Source: a virus (taxonomy: Duplodnaviria > Caudoviricetes). Taken from it: 26,247 nucleotides of DNA. Made by a program: the position numbers and the translations under genes. The DNA is taken from positions 1 to 26,247 of the IMG/VR virus record IMGVR_UViG_3300009172_000887; one strand, 5' to 3'. How positions within the stretch are numbered: the stretch's first letter is position 1; the number at the start of each line of letters is the position of its first letter. Below, piece by piece: positions 8,454 to 20,100 of the stretch. The notes under the pieces are model-generated. The model made no database searches. It saw only the letters and a list, made by a program, of their open reading frames with translations, and was not told where the DNA came from.

Positions 8454-11033
8454 ATGGCAGGTCAATTATTTAGTATGGGCGACACTACTTTCTCTACTCA
8501 GTTTGAGAACGAGAAAGAGAAGCTCAATCAAAAACGATTAAATAACAGAGAGCAGTATCAAAAGTTTAAAGACCAAGCTTTGAAAGAAGGTCGTACAGTA
8601 TCCCCAAAGATGTTGGCTGAAGAAAGACGAACCCTAACTGGGGGAAATCCTTTTGACAGTGCTGACTTGGGCTATACCAAGACAGACGAAGCAATATCAG
8701 CCCGTCACAACAGCAAGGTCGCCCAGATTAAAGTTGCTGAAATGACAGAAACTTTGGCTCAAACTTCAAAGCAAAAAGAGAGTGCTTTCAGTATGGTCAA
8801 TACTGAGCAATCCTCCTTTGGCGACTACACTAAAATGCTTGAGGAAAGACTTGGTCCTGATGGTGCGGCTTCTTTGTTGCAGTCAACAGGGATTAACTCC
8901 CAAGCTTGGAACGAACATCGTTCAACGCTTCGTGATGCAGACTTAGAAGATGAAGTAGCGGGAAACCTATGGAAAAGAATTAACACGGCAGACGACATAG
9001 ATAAATTCTATGACGGAATGCCTAAGTGGAAGAGAGACGGTCTAAAGGAAATTTTTCAGGGACAGGGTTTGGTTGCCGAAGAACAGGCTATTAAAGAAAT
9101 ATCTACAAAAATACTAAGCTCTAAGCTAGAGAACTTAGACCAATACACCGATGATGACCTTAAAGCTTTCATAAAAACAATGGGTCTAACAAACCTTAAA
9201 CGAGACCTTACGGATGATGAGGTAAACAGGTTGCTTCCTTTACTAAAGGTACAAAGAGACAAAGCTCTAAATGTACAACTAGATGCAAACCAAGATAAAT
9301 TCCGTACTGACTTCTACAACAACCCTGACATTAAGGCTTTCATAGACAACACTATTACGAACACAGACAGCTTTACTAACGAAAACTTTATGAATGTAGT
9401 CAACCGTGTTGCGGCATCAGCAGGTCTTGGCAATAACTATTTTGCCACCCCTGTGAAAAACGCTGCGGGAGAAATAACAGGCTACGACATGTTACCTCAA
9501 GCAGAATTCGAGAAGAAAGTTGGAGCAATATTAGGTGTTGGTTGGCTGACAACTATGAAGAAGCAGAACATAGTCGCTACTCAAGGGGCAGTTCGAGCTA
9601 AAGCGGAAGCAAAAGCAAAAGAAGTAATAGCTACAGTTAGGGCAAACGCACAGTCACAGACACAGTCCATGATTGCGGTAAGAGTAGAAGCACAAAAAGA
9701 CCAAACTAATGGAGCAAGGACTTGGTATGAAAATAGTCCTGCGGCACTTGCGGCAACACAGTTCTTTACTGCCTATTTCGTTCCGCCTAACTCAACTATT
9801 CGTGCAGAGATACTTACTGAAATAGAAACCGTACTGGAAAATAGCGGAGAAAATTTCGACATCAATGCCACGGTTGGTATGATTTACCAAAAGTTTAGAG
9901 GCAAGGGTGTTACAACTTGGGCTACAGCAGAAAGTAAGATTGCATCAAAATACTCTCCTGCTTTCTATGTTAAGAACGGAAGTAAGCTCGACCTTAGTGC
10001 GGATGCGGCTATAGATAAACTGTCCGATACCTCGTCTCAAATTGTAGAGGACATGGAGAAGTTAAGTAAAAGCACATATAACGAAGGTCTCGGCTTCTGG
10101 CTAGACACCAACTACATGGACAACAAGCTTGAAGGTTTGAAAGTAACCTACGAAGCTATAAAAGAAAGAATAGAAAAAACATTCATGGTATCTAGAAACG
10201 ATGTAATGTGGCATGCGCAAGAAGGCACTTCTTGGAAAGGGGCTAACGGTGCAAAAGCAATCGGTCAGAAACTATTAAAAGATTTGAAAGAAGAATATGA
10301 TGCTGATGTAGACCAGATAAGGGCAACGAAACCACAAGGCGAAGAGACCAACACTGGCAACGGTTTAATATTACCGGGAGTTGGCATGACTGAAAATGCG
10401 TGGAGAGAAGAGAACGAAGCAGTTGTTGCACCGCTTCGTGCAATATTGTTTGACACAAACATAAGTTCAGGCATGACAGTAGCTAACAGCAATATGGCTA
10501 ACAGTGCTATCTACAAGCGTTCAATGTCTTTGGGCAAGAGTGGTTTTATTAGGTTTGATGAAGGTGCTGAAATGTTTAGGGCTGCGGGATTTGCTACATT
10601 GAATGCAGACAATAAATATAAGCTTACGTTACCTGCGGTTCTAGTTAATCAACAGACGAACCAACAAGGTATCAAGGGTCAGTTGAGTTCTGCTTTAATA
10701 AACAATGCAGAGTTCAAAGCCTTTGCTACTAAACTGGCACAAAGAAAGTTGGACAATCCAAACTTTAACAACCAGAGAGCTAAGAAATACATAAGAAACG
10801 CTTTGTTGCTTGGATATGAATACGATAAAAATGGTTCTATTAGGTCAGACAAAGACCATAATATTTCTAAGATGATACGAAATTACAGGATGGCGGCTAA
10901 CGTAGACGTATTTAATAAGTATGATAATAAACCTTACGATGCCCCATTGGGAACTATCTTTCCGGGAGAAGATGTCTTCGCAAATTCAGTATTGGCTTGG
11001 GGACTAAGCCTTATTAATCAGCAAACTCAGTAG
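8454..11033 (+). CDS. Putative large internal virion protein, helical
   Basis: 859 aa, charged and helical, with no Cys. Position between the small ejection proteins and the giant protein is analogous to T7 gp15. No catalytic motif recognised. Confidence 0.5.
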   Translation: MAGQLFSMGDTTFSTQFENEKEKLNQKRLNNREQYQKFKDQALKEGRTVSPKMLAEERRTLTGGNPFDSADLGYTKTDEAISARHNSKVAQIKVAEMTETLAQTSKQKESAFSMVNTEQSSFGDYTKMLEERLGPDGAASLLQSTGINSQAWNEHRSTLRDADLEDEVAGNLWKRINTADDIDKFYDGMPKWKRDGLKEIFQGQGLVAEEQAIKEISTKILSSKLENLDQYTDDDLKAFIKTMGLTNLKRDLTDDEVNRLLPLLKVQRDKALNVQLDANQDKFRTDFYNNPDIKAFIDNTITNTDSFTNENFMNVVNRVAASAGLGNNYFATPVKNAAGEITGYDMLPQAEFEKKVGAILGVGWLTTMKKQNIVATQGAVRAKAEAKAKEVIATVRANAQSQTQSMIAVRVEAQKDQTNGARTWYENSPAALAATQFFTAYFVPPNSTIRAEILTEIETVLENSGENFDINATVGMIYQKFRGKGVTTWATAESKIASKYSPAFYVKNGSKLDLSADAAIDKLSDTSSQIVEDMEKLSKSTYNEGLGFWLDTNYMDNKLEGLKVTYEAIKERIEKTFMVSRNDVMWHAQEGTSWKGANGAKAIGQKLLKDLKEEYDADVDQIRATKPQGEETNTGNGLILPGVGMTENAWREENEAVVAPLRAILFDTNISSGMTVANSNMANSAIYKRSMSLGKSGFIRFDEGAEMFRAAGFATLNADNKYKLTLPAVLVNQQTNQQGIKGQLSSALINNAEFKAFATKLAQRKLDNPNFNNQRAKKYIRNALLLGYEYDKNGSIRSDKDHNISKMIRNYRMAANVDVFNKYDNKPYDAPLGTIFPGEDVFANSVLAWGLSLINQQTQ

Positions 11034-11067
11034 GGGACGATGGCTTAGAACCTTAGTGATACATTAA
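11034..11067 (+). promoter_or_regulatory. Candidate phage promoter, copy 2 (GGGACGA-N15-GTGATACATTAA)
   Basis: Occupies the only sizeable intergenic gap (67 nt) of the + operon. TGnTACATT resembles an extended -10 element. Followed by GGAG and ATG 11101. Confidence 0.65.
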
Positions 11068-11100
11068 AATTAACAAGCTATATGAAAACTGGAGTATCAG

Positions 11101-14100
11101 ATGGCAGATAAAGGATTTGGAGAAGTTGGTGGTTACGGTGTTGTAACTCCTAACGGAGAAGAAACGAGAGCAGAGCCCGGTTACACGGTCTTTGACGACA
11201 TAGAACAAAACACTGGTTCGGTTGCGTCTGGCTCTAATAAAGATGCAGGTGTATTAGGATATGCGGCAGGGCTTTCTAAGTCTGATGCCACTGCAATGTT
11301 GGCAGACACACGATTTGTCCAAGACATATATGATTACTACTACGAAAAAGAAGGTCGAACCTTTAGTAATCCAGAAGATGCCATAGAAGAATTTTACGCA
11401 GACCGCTCTTGGAGTAACCTAAATACTATAGGTATCCTCGGAGAAGCTTCTGAGAGTATGTCAAATGACAATACACAGAACGCTCGTCTAGCAAGACTAC
11501 AAACAGTTTATGAAGCACTACCAAACTTCTATGAAGATGGTGGTACTGGTGCATCTGGCTTTTTCCAGAATGCAGGAAACCTATTACTTGACCCTGTTAA
11601 CTTACTTGGCTTCGGCTTCGGTGGTGCAGGTGCAAAGGTCGCCGCTCGAACAGCCGCACAAGCGGGTAGGAACGCATTGGTTGCGGGAGCATGGGGTGGT
11701 GCAAAGAGAGGTGCTGTATCTGAAGGACTAGCAGGTGGTATCATTGAAGGCATTGCGTCTGGAGGCACACAGACAAGAGATATCAATATTGGCTTACAAG
11801 AAGGTGGATACTCAGGCTCTAAGTTTGCGGGAGACATAGCTTTAGGTGCGGGAGCAGGTGCTCTTCTTGGTGGTGCATTTGGTGTAGCCGGTGCTGTAAC
11901 GCCATTACCTAAGTGGACTAACCTTAAAAAAGGTAAAATAGGTAAGATGACAGCGGCTTGGCGTGATGGTCAAGCAGAAGGACTAGCTCTTAATCGACAG
12001 GCAGAACAAGAAGAGTTAAGCCGACTAGCTGATTTGGACACACCCGTAGAAGAAAGGGATGTATTATTTTCAAACCGAGAAAAAGAATTAAAAGCAGACC
12101 TAGAAAACTCTATAGACCAAGCAAACATTGACCCAGATGTACTTAGCAACACCTCTGTAGGTGGGCGAACTACAACTGTTGATGGGCAAACTGTTGAGAC
12201 AAGTGTTCCAACCTTAGAGCAGATACTCGCTAATGGAGTAACTGAAGGAAAGATAACACAAGATATAGCTACAGACATCTTGCAGAAGCAAGAGGCATTA
12301 ACAACTCTGTCTGCAATGCGTAATGCACCAGACTTAATCGTAGGTTTAAGACGACAGGCTGATGAACTCGAAGCAGGTATGGGGCAAAAGGTTGACCCAG
12401 AAAACCCTTTAGGAAATCAAACTAAAATAACTAACCTAAGACGACAGGCTGACCTTACAGAAGCAGGTTACAGACGATACCTAGAAGCATTAAAAGGTGG
12501 CGACCCCGCAGAGATTAACACTGCTGTGTCTGTGTTCAATCGTGCGGCTAATGAGTTTGACGCAGATGGAAACCCAACAGGCAACACTCCAGATGGTACT
12601 GAAACTGGACCAGATTTTTATAGTGGAGAAGGGGGAACATCTACAGACGGACCTTCTGCTCAACGAGCGGCTGAAGGAAACCGTACCCAACTAGAAGGCG
12701 ACCAGACGGAAGCCTTGGATGGTCCTGAAAAACGAGAAGCGCTTACAGACGAAAGTCGAAAAGAGTTTGTAGAACTTGCTGATGGTCAGGGCGTAACCGC
12801 TGTTCCTGAAGGACCAAGGATTGCACCTGAAGCAGATGTAGAGTTAAACGGCAGGATTACAGACAATCGTAGATTAGAAGGCGAGATTACTGACAACCTT
12901 AAAGTCAACGAGAAGCGTATCAACAGTATTCGTAAGAAAAACAAGAGAGGCACAGCCACTCAAGAAGAACTAACAGAATTATCCACACTCCAAGCCGACA
13001 GAAAAACTATGTTGGCAGACAAGAAACAGGCTAAAACTGATGCGGATGCGGCTCAAGATGAATTTGACCAGAAGGTTTCAAAGGCTAATCGGGTAGAAGA
13101 GACTTCAAAAGAAGCTGACACAATCGCAGAAGAAACAGCCACAGCAAATGAGGTTAATACAGATGATGCACTTCCTGATATTGATGATGGTATTATTGCC
13201 AATGCAGGTTCGGAAGCTAATACAGTCAATTTCCTACAAGCGATAGACCCGTCTCTTACAGAAGCATCTATTAGAGTTGAGCTAAGACAAGTTACAAAAG
13301 GATTGAAAGGCACAGCACAGAAGAACTCTGCTCGTGTTAAGTTCTTGAGAAAGAAAGTAGACGAGTACCAAGCAAAGGCTAGGGTTGGAGAAGCGTTCAA
13401 CCAAGTGTTTGATGGTGGAGAAGCAACAGCACTAATGCCATTTGGACATAGAGTGTTTAGCTATGACTTAATTGAGGCACTACTTAGAGTTAATATATCT
13501 AAGGCTGCGGATGAATTCCCCACAGACGAAGCGGCTTCTCTTGCTATGGAAGCGTCTCTTCGTGAATACAACAAGTACCTAGACCAAAATGCGGTCAATT
13601 TATTCACAGAATTAGTAGATGGATTGGGCGATGACTTCTCTTTGTCTGAGGTTCTTAATCAAGTTGAAGAGAACTTCGGCTCTAGAACTCTAGACATACT
13701 TAACAATAAGATGAGAGGTATTGAGACAGTACAAAGGTCTGGCTCTAAGAAAGTAGAAGCTGACAGTATTGCAGACTTCTCTCCACTAGAGCGTGAAGCA
13801 TTAAACAAGACTATAGCAAAGCTTAAAGAAGAGAAGAAAGAGCTAGGCTATAACGATGCCTTCATACAGATGTTTGCCAATCAAACTATTCAAAAGATTA
13901 GAGCAAGGAGAGCGGACGGAGATAAGGTCTTCAGAGCACACTCAGATGGCGATGTAACTATTGCACCACATGAGGGTAGCAAGGTTGTACAAGGCACACA
14001 GGTAATCAATGGCATAACCTACAGCATGAACAAGCTTGGAGGCACACAAGGTTCTCTAACAGGACCGAAGTCTTCCAACAAGCATGGGTTCACAGGTCGA

Positions 14101-17100
14101 TTAGTCGATACGCTAAAGCGTAACGGAGAGAAGCTAACAGGAGAAATGGCGGCTTACACAGCTATGGACGAAGCATCTTTATTGGGTGCGTCTCATAAAG
14201 TCATGGTGTCTGACCCTGTAAAATTCAAACAGACAAAAGTAACTGACCCTGTAACAGGTAAGAAAGTAACAGAGACAACTGGAGAGAATGCAGAGGCAGT
14301 ATTAGAACTGAGGCGTATTCTTAGAGACATTCGAAAGCTAAAGAAAGCAGACGAAGATGCAGACATATCTGAAATAAGACAGGCTTTATCTAGCGAAGGT
14401 CTTATTCCAAACATCAGAGAAATAGACAGTCAAGTCACACTACAACAGATAATCCTTGGCTCTCCTCTAAGTGTGGAACAAAGGTTTCCAAAACAATACT
14501 TAGGAATAAAAGAAGGTCGTAAGCGTTTCTTTGCTTACAAGCTTGCTCTTAATTCAAGGGGCGACATGCTTAGTCGTATCCCATCTAAGAAGACCATTGA
14601 TAGAACAGATATTATAGGTCCAAGAAGTAAGGGCGAAATAGATAAAAAAGCTAAAGACATATACTCCAACAAGAGAGACTATGAAAAAATTGATGGTGTC
14701 GTCTATCAAAAGGTAGAGGTTAGCCCCGGTGACTTGAGAGAAAAAACTGGAGGAACTCAAGACTACGAAGGTGGCGACCAAGTATTTGTTGACCCAGTAA
14801 GCAACCGTTTCTTCTTGACTAGACAAGATGCACCCATGCCATCAGAGGCAGTGGATAGTCCACAAGCTTTGATTATGGACATCAACAATGCTGTGCAGAG
14901 ACTAATCAAATCTACAGAAGTAGAGGTTAAGGGCGATGCTATAGCAAACAAAGCTTCCCCAGAATACAAGGCGGCTAAGTTAGTAAACGAGATTAAACGA
15001 GCATCAGATGACGCTAGGTTAGAAGAAGCAAAAGGTACTGCCTTCTCTAAGAGCATGGCACAAAGTCACAGACGTACAGCTAAGAAGCTAAAGAAAGAAT
15101 TGAGAGAGCTTGACCCCCAAGCGTGGTCAAACAGAAAGTGGGTTAAGAAAGGCATAGCTAATCTTGAGCGTGGAGCAGACGAAGGTATTGTTCCAGACAA
15201 GCAAACAGCTATGAAAGATTTAGAGACTACTTTTGATACGAAAGTAACTCCTGAAGATAAAGCCGTTGGTCGTGCAGTCGCAGACAAGCAGACACATTCA
15301 GAGGCTTTGGATGGTCTTAAAAATGATTTGATTAAAGATGCCACAGCTAGGTTCGAAAGCCATAAGGATACATCTCTTCTTATTAGAGAGATAACCGATA
15401 TCGAAAATCGTATGGCTACGATGAGCAAAGAAGCACCTACCACTAAACCAAAGGGCAAAGCAAAGCCTATGGTTATAGAGCATAAGGGTGTTGAGGTAGA
15501 TTTAAACAACCACTTTACTATGGTGGGCAAGCCAGAAGGCACACGAAAAATTAAATTCATGGGCAAGGTTGTTGGTCGTGTGGTCAAAGAAGGAGATGAC
15601 TTTGAAATACACACAGACGACATAGACCAGATTGTAGTCCTTGATAATGAATACGAAATCAAGAGAGAGTTCTTAAAGGTATTCGACAAGAGAATAAAAC
15701 TGGCTCTAGAAGACGGAGCATTAAAGGCATCTGACCTAGCACCAGAAGGTAGTGGGAAGTCTTTTCATAACCCTAATCACAAGGAAACAAACACCTATAG
15801 AAATCATGTGGAAGAACCAGATGATACGCCATTAGATGTAGTTGACGAAGGGGAAGAGATACTCAACCCATCCGTACAGAGAACAATGCAAGAGTTTGCA
15901 GATGACATTCCACAAGGAAGGTCTTTGTCTATAGGTCTAAAGTCAGGTCAATTTGAAGGTCGTGTTCGTCACGCTTCTCTGAAACAATACGCAGACAATA
16001 ACTCCATCTCATCCGTCCTTGGCAAGCAAGTAAACGAAAGCTTTACAGTCGGTCACACAGACCCATCGCTAAAAGGTAAGGCAAGAGATGCTTCTTTTGT
16101 TGCTATAGATGGTGCTGAATTCAGCCCTGCTCCTAACAGTGTTAAGCCTACATCAACAGGCAAACAAAACAGATTAATTGATGACCCAGATATTGAAGAC
16201 CCTCTAACACAGCCTATAAGCTTTGATAGAATAAAGTCTATGGAGATAGACCAATCTCAAATACCAGAGATGTTTGGTTCTAAACCTCTTAGGGGTGTGT
16301 TCAAGTATGTTGGAGAGGTGGTTGAAGAACTACAGAACTTCGAGAACATGGCTTGGAATTCCCCACACTTTAAAACCAAAAATGATTACATGGGGTACAT
16401 TAAATATATGGAGGTGTTGAACGACATCATCCATTACCATGCACCACATGGAGTAAAGTATAACAACGCAAGTCGTCATGCTTCAATGCAACAGATTTCA
16501 TTGATAATGCGTGAGCGACCAGTTGGCGAATTGAACGCAGTTATGTCTGTGTTAAGGAATATATCGGGTGCAGATAGTAGTATGCCTCGGTTCAGAGATG
16601 ACCCTACAGGCTATACGTTCCTCCCCGGTTCGGCAGACAGCAATGTTGCCAATACGATAGGCGTAGGGTCAGCCGCAGACGGAAGCATGAATACCCCAGA
16701 CTTCCAAAAAGTTATTCACGAAGTTGGACACTGGGCTTATGCAAACATACTAACTCCACAGGAGAAGAGTAGGTTCTGGGAAAGAATGGGAGACTACATC
16801 ACAGATGATGGTGTAGAGCTAGGCAAGCTAAAAGAAAGATTGCCGGGCACAGCTAACAATGAACTACATAGTCCTGCTGAATTCTTTGCTCAACAGTTCT
16901 CACAGTTTGCTATATCTCGTGGTAAAGCGGGAACTCCACAAGAGCTTATGTCTCTTTGGACAAGGGTTGCACAGAAAGTTATGAGTGTAATGGAAAGGTT
17001 TTTCTTACCAGAGAAGAACTTTGTTGACCCAAAGCTAGTTCCATTGTTTGAAAGAATTCTACCAGACAGAGACTTTACTAAGAACAAGTTCAAGTCTGGC

Positions 17101-20100
17101 ATAGACAAGTTTGCAAATGCAAAGGGTACTCGTAGTAAGTACGCAATGGATAAGCTTGGTCATTGGGAGACTATCCGAAACAACATAGAAGAGGCTATCG
17201 AAAGCGGAGACCCTTCACGAATAAGGTCTGCCCTAGACGGTTCAAGCTATGGTTCTGGAGATAGTTTCGTACAAGAAGCTATTGCTTACAAAGGCACTGA
17301 TGGTTCTAAAACCTACAGAAATTCCAAGGGCGTAAAGAAGGCTAGGGTTCGTCTGTTAGACAGTGGCTCTAAACTTGGAGAGACTGCGGAAGGATTGCCT
17401 GTTTATAAATACATGAACAGTTTCCACCTGCGTAATAAAATTCTACGTCACATGAGAGAGATACAACAATTCAATAAGATGTATCCAGATGAGACACGAG
17501 CATCAGCACTAACTCCAGAAATGATGGAGACTATTGTTGACCGTACCACATCCCCAGACGAAGCAATGCGTCAGGCAGAGATAGCGGCTATTGCTAAAAG
17601 TGCGGCAGATGGAGACCTAGACGGGATACCAGATGTAGATGCTTTGGGTTACAACGACCCTATAGCTGACATGGCATTAAGCAGAACGGACGAAGAAGCC
17701 AGTGAGTTAATAATCACACTAGCTAATCGCTCTCTAAACTTAATCAACGAAGTACAAGTAGAGCTTCGTAGACAAGTAGGCAGAAACTTCCCTAAGACAA
17801 ATGCGGGAGAAGGATTAAGAGTTAGCCCAGAAGGTAAAATTGTAGGAACTAAAAACCCTGTAAGCGAAAGGTTTAAGAAGCAAGCTGTTAAAAAGCAAAA
17901 GCAACTGTCCGAGAATGCCGAGAGTATTGTTGCTGACCTTACTAAAAAAGCAGACAACTTTATGGACGAAGTTCTTAAAGGTAAAACTACAGCCGCTCTT
18001 AACAACCCAACTGGCAGACAGTTTACGTCTGTGAATGAGATGTCTATTCCTGAAATTATTCAGGAGCTAAGTCAAACTACGTCTCAATCATCCAGAACAA
18101 GAGACCTTAACCAAGGACTTCTTAATAAAGTAAACACAGCGCCAGAGGTTAATGTTGAGGGTGTTCAATTCAGTGAAAGAGATATAGCTAGGGTTACTGT
18201 AGGAGAAGGCAAACAATTAGCTGAGACACCTGCTGATTTCCACAAAGCTATAATGGACGCAAAGATAAAGGGTAATGACAGAGACATGGCTCTGGCTACA
18301 CTTGGTCTGAAGCGTTTGTTCCAAGAGACCCCAGATGTATTGCCTAAGACAAGCATGGTAAATCGTGCTCTGGACATAGAGATAAAGCAAACCAAAGGTT
18401 CTGGAGAAGACAACGGTATCCCTAATGGTGCTAAGTCAGATGTTAAAGAATTATTAAGAAAGATTACACACAGAGACAAAAAGGTTGAGGCTAATGCCAG
18501 ACTTCTAACTTATAGAATGATGAACCTGATGGGTAAAACTCAACAGGATGCTACCAGTAATGCAAACTTTTTAAGCGTAGAAGATGTGTCGAAACTATTT
18601 GGAGAGAAAGCTCCAGATGGTGCTTACGGTGTATTCCAACACGCAACAGATGGTGTGCAATTCAATCAGCTAAGAAAGACTGCTCGTAAATTAGGTATGT
18701 CTTTAAAGAAAGGTAAGAGCGGAACAGATTTTATTGGGATACGACCTAATACTAAAGGTCAAGAATACACAGCAGTACACGAGATAGGTCACATGCTTGT
18801 TCGTGGTTCGTTTGACGACAACAGACGACAGGTAATCAATCAAATGTATGAAGCATCTCTTCGTGCAGGAGACAAGCGAGCTTCACAAATTGCTGACAGG
18901 TTCTCCAACTACAGGAACGAACAGCTTTCTGTTGAGGGTGTAAACGAAAGACTTGCGGAAGAGTGGTTCGTAGATGGATTTGCAAACTATCTTGGTAACA
19001 GGATTGCCAAGAAGGATATGTTTGGAAACGTAAGATTAAAGAACAGACTAGAGACAATGGTAGATGGCTTAATTGAACAGGTCATGTACGTTGTCAACGG
19101 CATTATGGGCAACAAAAAACTTAGACAACAGTATCGTTACCTAACTTTCGGTGGCGACATGATGGCTAATAAGTCTGCATTGAAGACACCCGTCAGGAAC
19201 GCAGTGCGTAATACTGGCATGTACTCTATGACAAATGATGCGGCACCAAAGTATGCAAGAGAAACTATAGACAACTATTCTCCAGAACGAGACATAGCCG
19301 CTAGAGAATTTGTGGGTGCTAGAGAACACGAAAACCTTATGGAGTTCGTCTACTATCATGGGACACCAAACGGAGGGGCTTTTGAAAGAGCCGCTAATGC
19401 TGATGTTCAAGTAGAACCATCAAGCACAGAAGCTCTTTTCGGAGAAGGTATATATCTTACAAAGGTAAATGCTTTAGCTGAAGACTATAGTTACGCAGGA
19501 CATCGTGCTTCGTTACGAGCAATGATTGATGGAGAAGCTTTGTCTGTAGCTAGGAAAAACCTATCGTATGAATACGCTGATGGTATTGCTAGAAATAGAG
19601 AAGAGATTGCTAATGTTCTTACAGAGATGGATGGAACTAGCTATCGTAATGTAACTCGCAGACGAGCAGAAGAAATTAACAAAGGTAATGAGCAAGGAGT
19701 TGCGGGAGACCCTGCCTTTGAACTACTAAAGATGCAAAAGAGATTGGAAGTTCTTTATCAACAGGAGAAAAAACTTTGGACATTGTTCGAAGGTACTTCT
19801 GGAGTTAAGAAACAACCAAAAGTATTACCTCTATTAGTAAGAGCAGAGGACACTTTTAACTTCGATGCCAATACCTTCTACTCAATAGGTGGTTCGGACA
19901 ACAACATTAGTTGGCTTATCGCTGAGATGGGAGACAAGAATTTCTTCCCACAAAAGGTTGGCGTTAGTGTTATTGAAGAACTAAGGAGCAATGGGGAATT
20001 TGCAGGAGACGACCTGTATGAAATTATCATTGAGAACCTGAAGCGTTCAGGAACTTCAGACGAAGAAGCTAAGATGGCTTTGACCTCGTTCATGCGAGAC

